Shown here: piece after piece, positions 9,216 through 18,205 of the stretch
How the letters are laid out: the number at the start of each line of letters is the position of its first letter
Numbering within the stretch: position 1 is the first letter of the stretch
NCBI GenBank assembly: GCA_050290185.1
Contig: JBNKHE010000002.1
Coordinates: 320,001-384,000 of the forward strand
DNA length: 64,000 nt
Direction of reading: 5' to 3'
From: Pontiella sp.
Lineage (GTDB): Bacteria; Verrucomicrobiota; Kiritimatiellia; Kiritimatiellales; Pontiellaceae
Made by a program: the position numbers and the translations under genes
Notes under the pieces: model-generated
Databases searched by the model: none
What the model was told of the DNA's origin: nothing
The model's input: the letters and a program-made list of their open reading frames with translations, nothing else

Positions 9216-10853
9216 ATGACCATGAATCCAAGCGACATACAACTCATCAGACAGTTTTCGCAAAACGATGACCCCGCAGCATTTTCGCAGCTGGTCGAAC
9301 GTTATATGGACGTCGCCTATTCGGCGGCAATCACCTATCTGGGCAAGGATGACCTTGCCCACGACGCGTGCCAGCTAACCTTTGTAGAGCTCTCCAAGAA
9401 AGCGCGGCACCTCCCGGAAAAGGTGAAACTCGGCGGCTGGATCTATATCACAGCCCGCAACCTATCCCGAAAAATCCAACGCACGGAAATCCGCCGGCAA
9501 CAGCGGGAACAAAAGTATGTGGATCAAATGGAAACCCAACCAACAACCGAAGCGGACTGGTCTCGACTGGCCCCGGATATTCATGAAGCACTCGAGCGAC
9601 TGAAGGACACAGAGCGCGAAGCCATCATCCTTCGCTATTTTCAAGGAAAGAGCCTCGCCGAAGTCGGCGAGGCTCTAGGCGTTTCGACCGACGCCGCCCG
9701 CATGCGAGTGAAACGGGCGCTGGATGGCCTGAATGGCCGACTTACAAAAAAAGGCATCACATCAACAGCCACCGCGTTGGCCGCCGCCCTTCCCGCACAC
9801 GCCTCGCTAACGGCACCGACCGGAATGGCCGCATCGATTTCCACCACGGTTCTGGCCAATGCCGGAACCACGATTGCAACAACGACCTTAATAGGAGCAA
9901 TCATAGCCATCATGAACGCAAAAGCACTGCTCATCACTGCCGTAGCCGCTACCGTTGTTCTCGGAGGAGGCGTTTATCTCACCACCCGATCGCAATCCGA
10001 AAAAGAACAGACCGCATTGGACCCGCAACTACCATCGCTTGAAGCCGGGCAGCAAATCGAGACCAACGCACAGACCACCAGCGACACTTCGTCAAATCGA
10101 CCGAAGGAATTACTGCGTGGCTTGGCGCAATCCGATTCATCGCACACCGAGACAGCTCCGAAGAACAACGCCATGGGAATAACTCCGGAATACCTGAAAA
10201 CGGCCGAGCAGAGGTTCTCCATTGACTTGAAAAACACGTATTTTAACCCTTATGATAAAGAGCTCCGCGACACGGATCATTTAACCAAAAAGCTCCAGTT
10301 GCGCATGGGATTGAATGCGGATCAAACGGCGAACTTTAGTGCCATTCTGACGGCCTATAAGGACTACAGCGACCAGCAGAAGAAGGAGTTCAAAGGAAAG
10401 TGGCAGAGCATGATGGAAGCGGAGCGGGAGAGCATGATGAACTATTGGGCTCTTTATTCCATGAAGGGGGATGGGGTAGAACTATCCCCCGAACAGAACG
10501 CATATTTGCAGTCAGTGGATGAGCAGAGGGGAACCATCCGGGATCAGGCCTATGACATACACTGGCCCAAAAAATGGTATGAGAACGAGAGTATCCTGCA
10601 GGAACTTAATGCGCAGCTCACTCCGGACCAGCAAAACGAACTTGCCACCTATATCGAGGAAAAGGGAGTCCGCGAGAGAGAAGCGAACGCCCTCCGGCAC
10701 GCCAACGATTTGGCAGAAACGCTGGGTCTGAACGAGGCCGATCGTGGCGCACTGTATGATTATCTCTATGAACATCCGGAAGCATCGGATGATGATATCG
10801 CCGAACATCTTTCTCCGGAGCTGCGTGAACTGATGTCACCCGCCGATGACTAG
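9216..10853 (+). CDS. ECF sigma-70 factor with long TM-containing C-terminal extension
   Basis: Region 2 (AFSQLVERY, AHDACQLTF, GWIYITARN) and region 4 (EREAIILRYFQGKSLAEVGEALG..AARMRVKRAL), then an Ala/Thr-rich linker, a TM helix and a ~290-aa helical domain. Confidence 0.92.
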   Translation: MTMNPSDIQLIRQFSQNDDPAAFSQLVERYMDVAYSAAITYLGKDDLAHDACQLTFVELSKKARHLPEKVKLGGWIYITARNLSRKIQRTEIRRQQREQKYVDQMETQPTTEADWSRLAPDIHEALERLKDTEREAIILRYFQGKSLAEVGEALGVSTDAARMRVKRALDGLNGRLTKKGITSTATALAAALPAHASLTAPTGMAASISTTVLANAGTTIATTTLIGAIIAIMNAKALLITAVAATVVLGGGVYLTTRSQSEKEQTALDPQLPSLEAGQQIETNAQTTSDTSSNRPKELLRGLAQSDSSHTETAPKNNAMGITPEYLKTAEQRFSIDLKNTYFNPYDKELRDTDHLTKKLQLRMGLNADQTANFSAILTAYKDYSDQQKKEFKGKWQSMMEAERESMMNYWALYSMKGDGVELSPEQNAYLQSVDEQRGTIRDQAYDIHWPKKWYENESILQELNAQLTPDQQNELATYIEEKGVREREANALRHANDLAETLGLNEADRGALYDYLYEHPEASDDDIAEHLSPELRELMSPADD

Positions 10854-10946
10854 GCCGGCGTTATGTACTCGTGGTGAGTACCGCCAGCAAACAGAACAGG
10901 AAAACGCAGTAGAAAAGCCCGCCTCGATCCCTTGGTGCCTTTGTGT

Positions 10947-11642
10947 TTAATACAGGTCTTTTCGCTGACGCAGCTCGGCAAACGCCTCGACGGTGTCGAT
11001 CCGCAGAAAAGGATTGGTTTTCATTTCCTCGGCCAGCGTAGCAAAGATCGCGGCGACTGGATCGCGGCGGTATAGCTCCAAGCGGGCTTTCACATCGACG
11101 TTTTCGGGTTCGAGCGATAACGCAAATTCCATGCTTTCGACGAGATAGTCGTGCCCGCCGAAAATGCGGGTTTCATCCGGTAGCGCCTTGATGGCTTGCA
11201 GGCTGGAAAAAGCCTGCTCCGCCGTCCCCCCCAGCAGGCGACCACACGCCCCATTGATCAATGCATCGCCGGCAAACAAAATTCCGAGCTCGGGAAAGTG
11301 ATAGATCTTGTGCACCGCCATGTGACCTGGAGTTGAAATGGAAGAACAGGCGGCACCTAAGACATTGTATTCGCGTTCCTCGACGGCGGGACTCGTAAAA
11401 AGGATGCCCAAACGCTCCTGAATGGCCCGGCAGCCACCTACATGATCGTGATGCGTGTGTGTGATAAAGGCTTCCAGCACCTGCAGATTTTCCTCTTCCA
11501 GCACCCGGAAAACCGGCCCGGCCTCACCGGCATCGATCAACACCGCTTTGCCATCGCGGCATACTAAATAGACGAAGTTGTCGCGCAGTACCGGCACCGC
11601 CAGCACTTCATATTCACCAAATTCAAATCGATCAATCTTCAT
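10947..11642 (-). CDS. gloB: hydroxyacylglutathione hydrolase (glyoxalase II)
   Basis: DNFVYL, THTHHDHVGG, TPGH, FAGDAL, GHDY and EMKTNPFLR motifs. Confidence 0.88.
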   Translation of the reverse strand: MKIDRFEFGEYEVLAVPVLRDNFVYLVCRDGKAVLIDAGEAGPVFRVLEEENLQVLEAFITHTHHDHVGGCRAIQERLGILFTSPAVEEREYNVLGAACSSISTPGHMAVHKIYHFPELGILFAGDALINGACGRLLGGTAEQAFSSLQAIKALPDETRIFGGHDYLVESMEFALSLEPENVDVKARLELYRRDPVAAIFATLAEEMKTNPFLRIDTVEAFAELRQRKDLY

Positions 11643-11687
11643 GGGGAAAATGTACCACACAATTGCGCCCAGAGAAGCAATTGGATC

Positions 11688-11755
11688 AAATACACGAAAA
11701 AACGGGATGCGTTTCAGCCGGAATCTATTTCGTGTGCTTCGTGTATTTCGTGGTT
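11688..11755. repeat. 9-nt-periodic CACGAA intergenic repeat (partial hairpin)
   Basis: Minus strand aaccacgaaatacacgaagcacacgaaa at the cupin stop; partial inverted arm aaatacacgaaa at 11688-11699. Confidence 0.7.
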
Positions 11756-12077
11756 AATAAAAAATGGCCAGCCAGATGGTTTTTTCGGTCGCTGAAGTGG
11801 ACTCCACACGATGACGCTGACGGGCGGTAATGAGAAGATAATCACCGGGCTTAAGCTCGATCCGCTCGATACCGGATTCCATTTCAACGGACAGCACGGC
11901 CGATCCTGAAACCAGCAAAACCCATTCATTCTGTGCCTGATCGTACCAGAACCCTTCCGGCGAGGCGTGGCCGTCGGAGACGATCCGCTCAACCTTCACA
12001 TGCTCGCTTTCCGCCAGCACGCTAAAGAGTTCCTCGGGCAGATTTACAGGAATATTACTGAACAGATTTGTTTTCAT
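11754..12077 (-). CDS. cupin domain protein
   Basis: ERIVSDGHASP, WYDQ..NEWV, LKPGDYLLI..RHRV and TIWLAIFY motifs. Confidence 0.9.
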   Translation of the reverse strand: MKTNLFSNIPVNLPEELFSVLAESEHVKVERIVSDGHASPEGFWYDQAQNEWVLLVSGSAVLSVEMESGIERIELKPGDYLLITARQRHRVESTSATEKTIWLAIFY

Positions 12078-12176
12078 ATAAAAACAGGCGTAACTCGAAA
12101 GCTACGCCCGGTCCACTAGAATTAGCGATCGAATAGCCCCATCCCGAAAAATGGAAAGGCCTAACGACGTTATTGA

Positions 12177-12809
12177 TTAGAAGGTTACACCAAAGACAAG
12201 TGCAGCGTTTCCGCCATCTCCACTAATCGTGCCGTCAGCTTTCACGCCACCCCCGAAATCGAACTCTACGTCCGAAGAGAATCCGCCATAGCCGAGTTCA
12301 AGGCCTAATTCAACGTTTGACCCCAGCATAAAGAACGCACCGCCTTTAATCCCATACATGGCGTAGCCGCCGGAACCATCGGAAAATCCGGTAATTTCCT
12401 GTCGCGCACCACCAATGCCCAGATAAGGGCCAAGCTCAAATACAAAAACATCACCGGATCTTACAGCAAGACCACCCTGAACCATCACACCAAACGCAGC
12501 CAAATCAAAGGAACCGCCACCCAGTCCTCCGCTATTTCCTGCAAAGAAAACACCGCCGCCCAGAACGCCGCCAACCGTTGATTCGTCATCACCCCAAAAC
12601 CGTTTGACCGCCAGAATTTCAAGCTGTCCGCCCCCATCTTCGCTTACAGATACCGATCCCCCGCCATCCACTTCCAACTTATTCACTCCGGGCGCACTGC
12701 CCAGCGACACGCGTATCCCAAAATCGCTTTTCGTGGTTTCGTCTGCACCAAAAGCCGAAACACAAATAATCCCTGCAATGACGACACTTCCCTTGATTCC
12801 TAATTTCAT
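12177..12809 (-). CDS. putative outer-membrane beta-barrel protein
   Basis: Signal peptide, Gly/aromatic-rich amphipathic strands, C-terminal Phe (VFGVTF). Confidence 0.7.
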   Translation of the reverse strand: MKLGIKGSVVIAGIICVSAFGADETTKSDFGIRVSLGSAPGVNKLEVDGGGSVSVSEDGGGQLEILAVKRFWGDDESTVGGVLGGGVFFAGNSGGLGGGSFDLAAFGVMVQGGLAVRSGDVFVFELGPYLGIGGARQEITGFSDGSGGYAMYGIKGGAFFMLGSNVELGLELGYGGFSSDVEFDFGGGVKADGTISGDGGNAALVFGVTF

Positions 12810-13004
12810 CCTAATCTCCTGTCACCCATTTTATTACCGTTCATTCGTCCCCCCCCCCCCCTGCTCTGCGTTACGGCATCGGCAAAGCAAGCGTCGATTA
12901 AGTTCTATAATCGCTTTAAACGTATATGTAAAAACAAGCGTTCGCGGCAAGCACGCATGATTATTTAATGATATTTAACGGGGAAAAGCGCCCGAGACAG
13001 GCTC

Positions 13005-13793
13005 TTATTCCTCGCCGAGCAAAATGCGGAGAACCTGATTGGCCTGCATGTGGGCAGCGATGCCGACGCGGGGAGCCATGAGCCCGCAGCCCGGGGCAGC
13101 GCCGGTGGCAAGGTCGCCGACAATGTAGACGTCCCTACCCATCTTGCGCACCCCGATGGTGTCACCGGGGCCGTAGCCGGCGAGGCCGGAAGCGGCGACG
13201 ATCGGCTGGCCCTTGAAATTTTGCAGCAGCATCGCTTTCTGATCGGCACGATCGAACGCCTCGACCATCACATCCACTTCACCGAAAAGCTCCGGGATAT
13301 TGTCGGGAGTCACGCGTACGCAATGGGCGTCGTACTGCACATACGGATTGATACGGCTCAGATTGGCTTCGAGTGCCTCGGCCTTGGTCATGCCCAGCTG
13401 ATCAATGAAGTATTGCTGGCGGTTGAGGTTGCTGGGCTCGACGACATCAAAATCGGCCAGAATCAGTTTCCCGATGCCGATGCGTGCCAGCGCCACGGCA
13501 ATAGCGGAACCAAGGCCACCCAAGCCGGCGATGCCGACGGTTGCTTCCTTGATCTTTTCATGCACACCGGGCGTATGGCGGGCAGCCATCAACGCCTCCA
13601 GCTCGTCGGCTGGTGGAATTTCTCCACGCCTGATCAGATTAACCGCATCTCCTTCGGAGAGTGCAACATCATAGGCAACAGCCGCACCGTTATAGATCAG
13701 AATATCCGCATCCGGTTTCTCCTGGTTGCGCAACAGGAACAACGTTGTATCGGCGTCCACTTCGATTGGCCGTTCGTTCAGCTTAATTTTCAT
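13005..13793 (-). CDS. thiF: sulfur-carrier adenylyltransferase ThiF with N-terminal ThiS-like domain
   Basis: ThiS-like MKIKLNE...LSEGDAV, ARHTPGVH, GIAGLGGLGS, DFDVVEPSNLNRQ, EAFD, MAPRV..AAHMQAN. Confidence 0.9.
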   Translation of the reverse strand: MKIKLNERPIEVDADTTLFLLRNQEKPDADILIYNGAAVAYDVALSEGDAVNLIRRGEIPPADELEALMAARHTPGVHEKIKEATVGIAGLGGLGSAIAVALARIGIGKLILADFDVVEPSNLNRQQYFIDQLGMTKAEALEANLSRINPYVQYDAHCVRVTPDNIPELFGEVDVMVEAFDRADQKAMLLQNFKGQPIVAASGLAGYGPGDTIGVRKMGRDVYIVGDLATGAAPGCGLMAPRVGIAAHMQANQVLRILLGEE

Positions 13794-13900
13794 GGATCCA
13801 TTAACCGCAAAAGCATGCATGGAACGCAAGAAGCAAGAATTCAATTCTTCTGGATCACGCATCAGGAATCACGCATCATGCCGCTTCAACCGGAGGTTAT

Positions 13901-14521
13901 ATGCTTACGCGCACAAAGAATTTTTTCAAGACAACCATCCTTGGTGGCGTCATCGTCATCCTGCCGGTCATCATCCTCATCCTGGCGTTCAAATGGCTGT
14001 TCGGCGTGGTGGGCAATGCCATCGCACCGCTCACCAACCTGGTCGTTGATACGCTCCCGACACCCGAAAAATACAATCCGCTCATCGCTACGGTCATTGT
14101 CCTCGCCGTGATTATTATGGGTTGCTTTTTCTTCGGGCTGTTTGTCCGCACAAAACTGGGCCAAATGATCTACAGCAGCTTCGAAAACAGCTTCCTGAGC
14201 AAGGCCCCCGGCTACAAGATGATCAAGGAAACGGTCAACCAGTTTCTTGGGAACAAGGCCTCTCCGTTCTCATCCGTGGCACTGGTCAACATATACGGCA
14301 ACGATACGCTCATGACGGCATTCATTACCGACCGGCACGACAACGGCATGGTTACGGTGTTCGTGCCGACGGGCCCCAACCCCACCTCCGGCTTCATTTA
14401 CCACCTCCCTCAGCAACACGTTCACCCCGTCTCCGTAACGGTTGAAAGCGCGATGCGCTCGGTAATCTCGTGCGGTGCGGGTTCGGGCGCCCTCATCGAA
14501 GGGCTCGCAGACCATACGTAG
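13901..14521 (+). CDS. DUF502 domain membrane protein
   Basis: GGVIVILP, PGYKMIK and TVFVPTGPNPTSGF motifs; ggagg RBS. Confidence 0.9.
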   Translation: MLTRTKNFFKTTILGGVIVILPVIILILAFKWLFGVVGNAIAPLTNLVVDTLPTPEKYNPLIATVIVLAVIIMGCFFFGLFVRTKLGQMIYSSFENSFLSKAPGYKMIKETVNQFLGNKASPFSSVALVNIYGNDTLMTAFITDRHDNGMVTVFVPTGPNPTSGFIYHLPQQHVHPVSVTVESAMRSVISCGAGSGALIEGLADHT

Positions 14522-14667
14522 GGCTCAATTGATGCTGGCGGCAATCGGGACAGTCGTTCCTATGCCATTAGAAGGCGACTGGAATACCGCAACCAGCTCT
14601 TAGCCGCCCTCAAGCTTGTTTTCAGGTTCCGGGAAGACCGTGTGCAAGGTCAATCGGGCATCCGGTT

Positions 14668-14847
14668 TTACTTTAACTGGAGCGAATGGCCTTTTGAAGT
14701 GCTTGAAGAACTGGATTTCCCGGTTTTCCGGCCGTCCTTCGAGAGATAGAGCCCAAAGGCCAACACGCCCACCAGTAAAAGAATGGATGCCGCGACAAAA
14801 ATTTCCAGGCACCAGGTCATCAGCGTTTTCTTAGGTTTTGGATACAT
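14668..14847 (-). CDS. small hypothetical membrane protein (possibly frameshifted)
   Basis: MYPKPKK plus one TM helix; an alternative open frame continues to 14600. Confidence 0.35.
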   Translation of the reverse strand: MYPKPKKTLMTWCLEIFVAASILLLVGVLAFGLYLSKDGRKTGKSSSSSTSKGHSLQLK

Positions 14848-15294
14848 TCTGAACCCCACTTATCCTTCTGACTACCTATCAGATACTTATACGATCCCAC
14901 ATTAGTGTCTGGCTCTTTTGTAAGCCAATATTATTTAAGCTTAAATTAGGCGGGTAGTAGGCGCTTCAGGGAGTTGGAAAAACGCATGGACACCGCCCGC
15001 TATGAAAACGGCACCCCGATCGACGGTACCGGAACCAACAGCAATAGAGAGATCATGGATCGTCATTCATACGTTTTCCTAAACTCCACGCAGCAAAGTA
15101 TCCGCTAATGAGAATACGCCATTCACATCATTTACGGCAGTCACATTCTAAAAGGAGCCTCAAAATATCTTCTCCTTGATGCGCGCCCCAAATGCGAATG
15201 CAAATACCTATACAGACGTAGGTATTTTGTCTTGTGTTGTTTATAAAAAAGACTATATGCCCGTTAAGGGGTTTGAGAGAAATGGAGGTGCGCG

Positions 15295-18168
15295 ATGAAA
15301 AAACTGCGTATTTTGTCTATGGCTGTGTGGACAGCCTTATTAACGCTAAACACCACGGCCGCTCCGGCGGTCCTCCTGAACCGCTATAGTTTCAATGATA
15401 CCGGATCGGAAATCGCCATTGACTCTGTTGGTGGTCAAGATGGCTTGCTCCTGCCAGGAGCGATTCAATCTGGAGGTTCGGTTTACCTGGATGGAAATGC
15501 TTTGTCCTATGTCGAACTCCCGCCCTACCTGATTCATTCCAGTACAATCACCCAAAACGCGGTAACCCTCGAGTCTTGGGCGAGTTTTGGATATCTTTAC
15601 ACCTGGGCTAGGCTCTTCGACTTTGGCAATACCTATGCTCCAGAAGGCTCGGCAGGCAACTACCTGTTTTTTTGTCCCCACGGGCCGAATTCGGATATTC
15701 GCCTGATTGCCTCGTCCGCGTTCCCGCACGGATGGGAAAACGAGGATGGTGTTATCGTACCCGGCTCGCTGGACTATGTTGATGGCGTATACATTGCATG
15801 CGTAGTGGATTTCGGGCTCAATCGGGCGGCAATCTACATCAACGGTGCACTGGCTGGAGAGGACTCCTACTTCACAAAGAACCTGTGGGACATCAACAAT
15901 GTTTACAGCTTCCTTGGTAAATCCCTCTATACGGCAGATCCAAACATGATCGGTTCGATCGATGAGTTTCGAATCTATGATGGCGCGCTTTCCGCAACGA
16001 ATATTGCGGCCAACTTTCTTGACGGTCCCGATGGCCCGGCAGCTTTCTCGCTCGTCTCCTTTATCCCCCACGGCACGGGCATTACAAACCAACCCGTTCT
16101 GGAGGCGCTCATTGCGGACGGGAGCTCCGAGGTAGATCCAAGCTCCATTCTTCTGTCGCTGGACGGCATACCGGTCGCCCCGTATATCTCCAGGGACAGT
16201 TCGACCACTACCGTCAGTTATGCAGTCACCGACGTGTTGGAACCACTGAGCGCACACTCCGTTCGCCTCGTGGTAGCCGGAGTTAATCCGCCGACAGACC
16301 CCATCACCAACGCATGGACTTTTGTCGTGATCGGCAGTGGAGAACCAAAACGGGTTTACGTGGATGCCACCGATGGCCCGGACGGCAACACCAGAGTCTG
16401 GGATCCGAATACCTTCATGTTCACGGAATGGAATCCGCCGGGGGAAATCTACGATGAATATGATCAGCTATGGGAAAAATGGGAGTTCATCGCAAACAAC
16501 AATTCACTGTACGTGTCCCCGACTACCGAAGACTCCCCAAGACTGAGAACAACGGTCTCAGGAGTGGAAAACGGCGCATACAAAATCTACGCCTACGTCT
16601 GGGGCACCAATCCAGAGTGGGAGATGTGGACCATTCAGGCAGCACTAAACAATGCCGTCGGAAACCTCCCCGTCCACGACGCCACCAGTCAAGGTGTGAT
16701 AGAGCACTACCTGGACATCGATCCTGACGACTCATTCCACTACGTGTCCGCGGTCTATAGTTCCAGCATGAGCTGGAGTCCGTTTTCCAACGATGTAGAA
16801 ATCGCACAAGATCAATGGCGACTGTTCGAAATTCCTCTCGGCATCATGGCGGTCACCAGCGGCGAACTTTCCGTATACATCGACAACATCTACCTGCCTG
16901 CGATCTGGGGCATAAGCTACTACGACGGTATCGGATACGAACCTCTTGATGTTGATCCTGATACATTTGTCACTGGAGGCGGCTGGATTTGGTCTCCACC
17001 CGGCGCTCTCGCCAAGAGATATGACCCCACCACTGGCTCTGATGATCCTCCAGCAGAGACCACCATCGCCCATTGGGATTTTGCCGACCCCGGAGCAATG
17101 GATGGAGCTTTCATGCCCGGCAACCTTTACCGTGAGGATCTGGACGGCGACGGGGCCATGGACCCGGACGACTTTAGAATCAGCTCCTTGGATTTGTCTG
17201 GCAACGGAAACCACATTTCCGCTTTGACCAGCACCTACATAAAATGGAGCGCCGACAGCATCCAGGGTGATTTCAGCATGGTAAACGCCAACGACCTTCC
17301 TGCCGCCGGTACGGATTCCCAGTTCAACCCCTATATCACGGGAGTTGATGTAGAAACCATTACCCCCCAACAGTGGACGATTGAAGTGGTCTTCAAGTCC
17401 GACTACCTCGCACCCTATTGTACGCTTGTGGGTCGCAATGGCAATTTCGGCAATGCAGCAGCCCTGTACTTTTCGACACGCAACTCCGACCTGGCGATAG
17501 CCTACAGGGATGTCGACGGCGTTTATCATGAACTACAGGTGGCGGCCGGTTTTCGGGAGAACACATGGTATCGTGTAGCGGCCGTGAGTGACGGGACAAC
17601 CCTTATGCTCTACCTCGACGGTGAATTGATCGGGCTGCTGGATTTAACCGTCACGGGTACGGACACCGCATTGGCGCAAGGGTATGGCCAATGGACAGTC
17701 GCTCATGGCATGTGGGCGGGCAACTTTACCGACCGTTTTTATGGTGCAATTGATGAGATAGCGATTTCGGATGCGGCGTTGTCGCCGGAAACGTTTGTGA
17801 TCCAACCCTACGTCCCGGTGGAAGGCCGGGCAAACTTTGGCTTCAATGCCAAGTACAAGAAGGGCTCAACCTTGCCGGCCGGCCAGGCCGAGTTCCAGTT
17901 CAAGGTTGGCGATATGAACTTCCACAGCAGCGACTACGAATGGTTGGTGATCACAGGTGCGGACGCCATGCTTAAAGGCACGGGAACCATCAATCACGAA
18001 GATGGCTTTGGCTTCATGCTTACCGCGATCGACGGCAAGCTTCTCGACAACGGCGCAAGTGATCAAGTTCGTCTCCAGATCTGGGAAACGGCAACCGGCG
18101 AAGTTGTTTACGACAACCAAGCCGACACGACCTTGCACGGCGAAAATATTCAAATTCATTCCCGTTAA
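15295..18168 (+). CDS. large secreted LamG-like jellyroll domain protein
   Basis: Signal peptide; two LamG-like domains (GSIDEFRIYDGAL; GAIDEIAISDAAL); C-terminal NFGFNAKYKKG...VVYDNQ domain; ggagg RBS. Confidence 0.85.
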   Translation: MKKLRILSMAVWTALLTLNTTAAPAVLLNRYSFNDTGSEIAIDSVGGQDGLLLPGAIQSGGSVYLDGNALSYVELPPYLIHSSTITQNAVTLESWASFGYLYTWARLFDFGNTYAPEGSAGNYLFFCPHGPNSDIRLIASSAFPHGWENEDGVIVPGSLDYVDGVYIACVVDFGLNRAAIYINGALAGEDSYFTKNLWDINNVYSFLGKSLYTADPNMIGSIDEFRIYDGALSATNIAANFLDGPDGPAAFSLVSFIPHGTGITNQPVLEALIADGSSEVDPSSILLSLDGIPVAPYISRDSSTTTVSYAVTDVLEPLSAHSVRLVVAGVNPPTDPITNAWTFVVIGSGEPKRVYVDATDGPDGNTRVWDPNTFMFTEWNPPGEIYDEYDQLWEKWEFIANNNSLYVSPTTEDSPRLRTTVSGVENGAYKIYAYVWGTNPEWEMWTIQAALNNAVGNLPVHDATSQGVIEHYLDIDPDDSFHYVSAVYSSSMSWSPFSNDVEIAQDQWRLFEIPLGIMAVTSGELSVYIDNIYLPAIWGISYYDGIGYEPLDVDPDTFVTGGGWIWSPPGALAKRYDPTTGSDDPPAETTIAHWDFADPGAMDGAFMPGNLYREDLDGDGAMDPDDFRISSLDLSGNGNHISALTSTYIKWSADSIQGDFSMVNANDLPAAGTDSQFNPYITGVDVETITPQQWTIEVVFKSDYLAPYCTLVGRNGNFGNAAALYFSTRNSDLAIAYRDVDGVYHELQVAAGFRENTWYRVAAVSDGTTLMLYLDGELIGLLDLTVTGTDTALAQGYGQWTVAHGMWAGNFTDRFYGAIDEIAISDAALSPETFVIQPYVPVEGRANFGFNAKYKKGSTLPAGQAEFQFKVGDMNFHSSDYEWLVITGADAMLKGTGTINHEDGFGFMLTAIDGKLLDNGASDQVRLQIWETATGEVVYDNQADTTLHGENIQIHSR

Positions 18169-18205
18169 TGTGGTCGCATACCGTCACGGCGGATCACGCC
18201 TCACG

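Noticed and set aside
13794..13900. TPP riboswitch upstream of thiF
   Set aside because: The intergenic region is short and lacks a recognisable CTGAGA/aptamer core.
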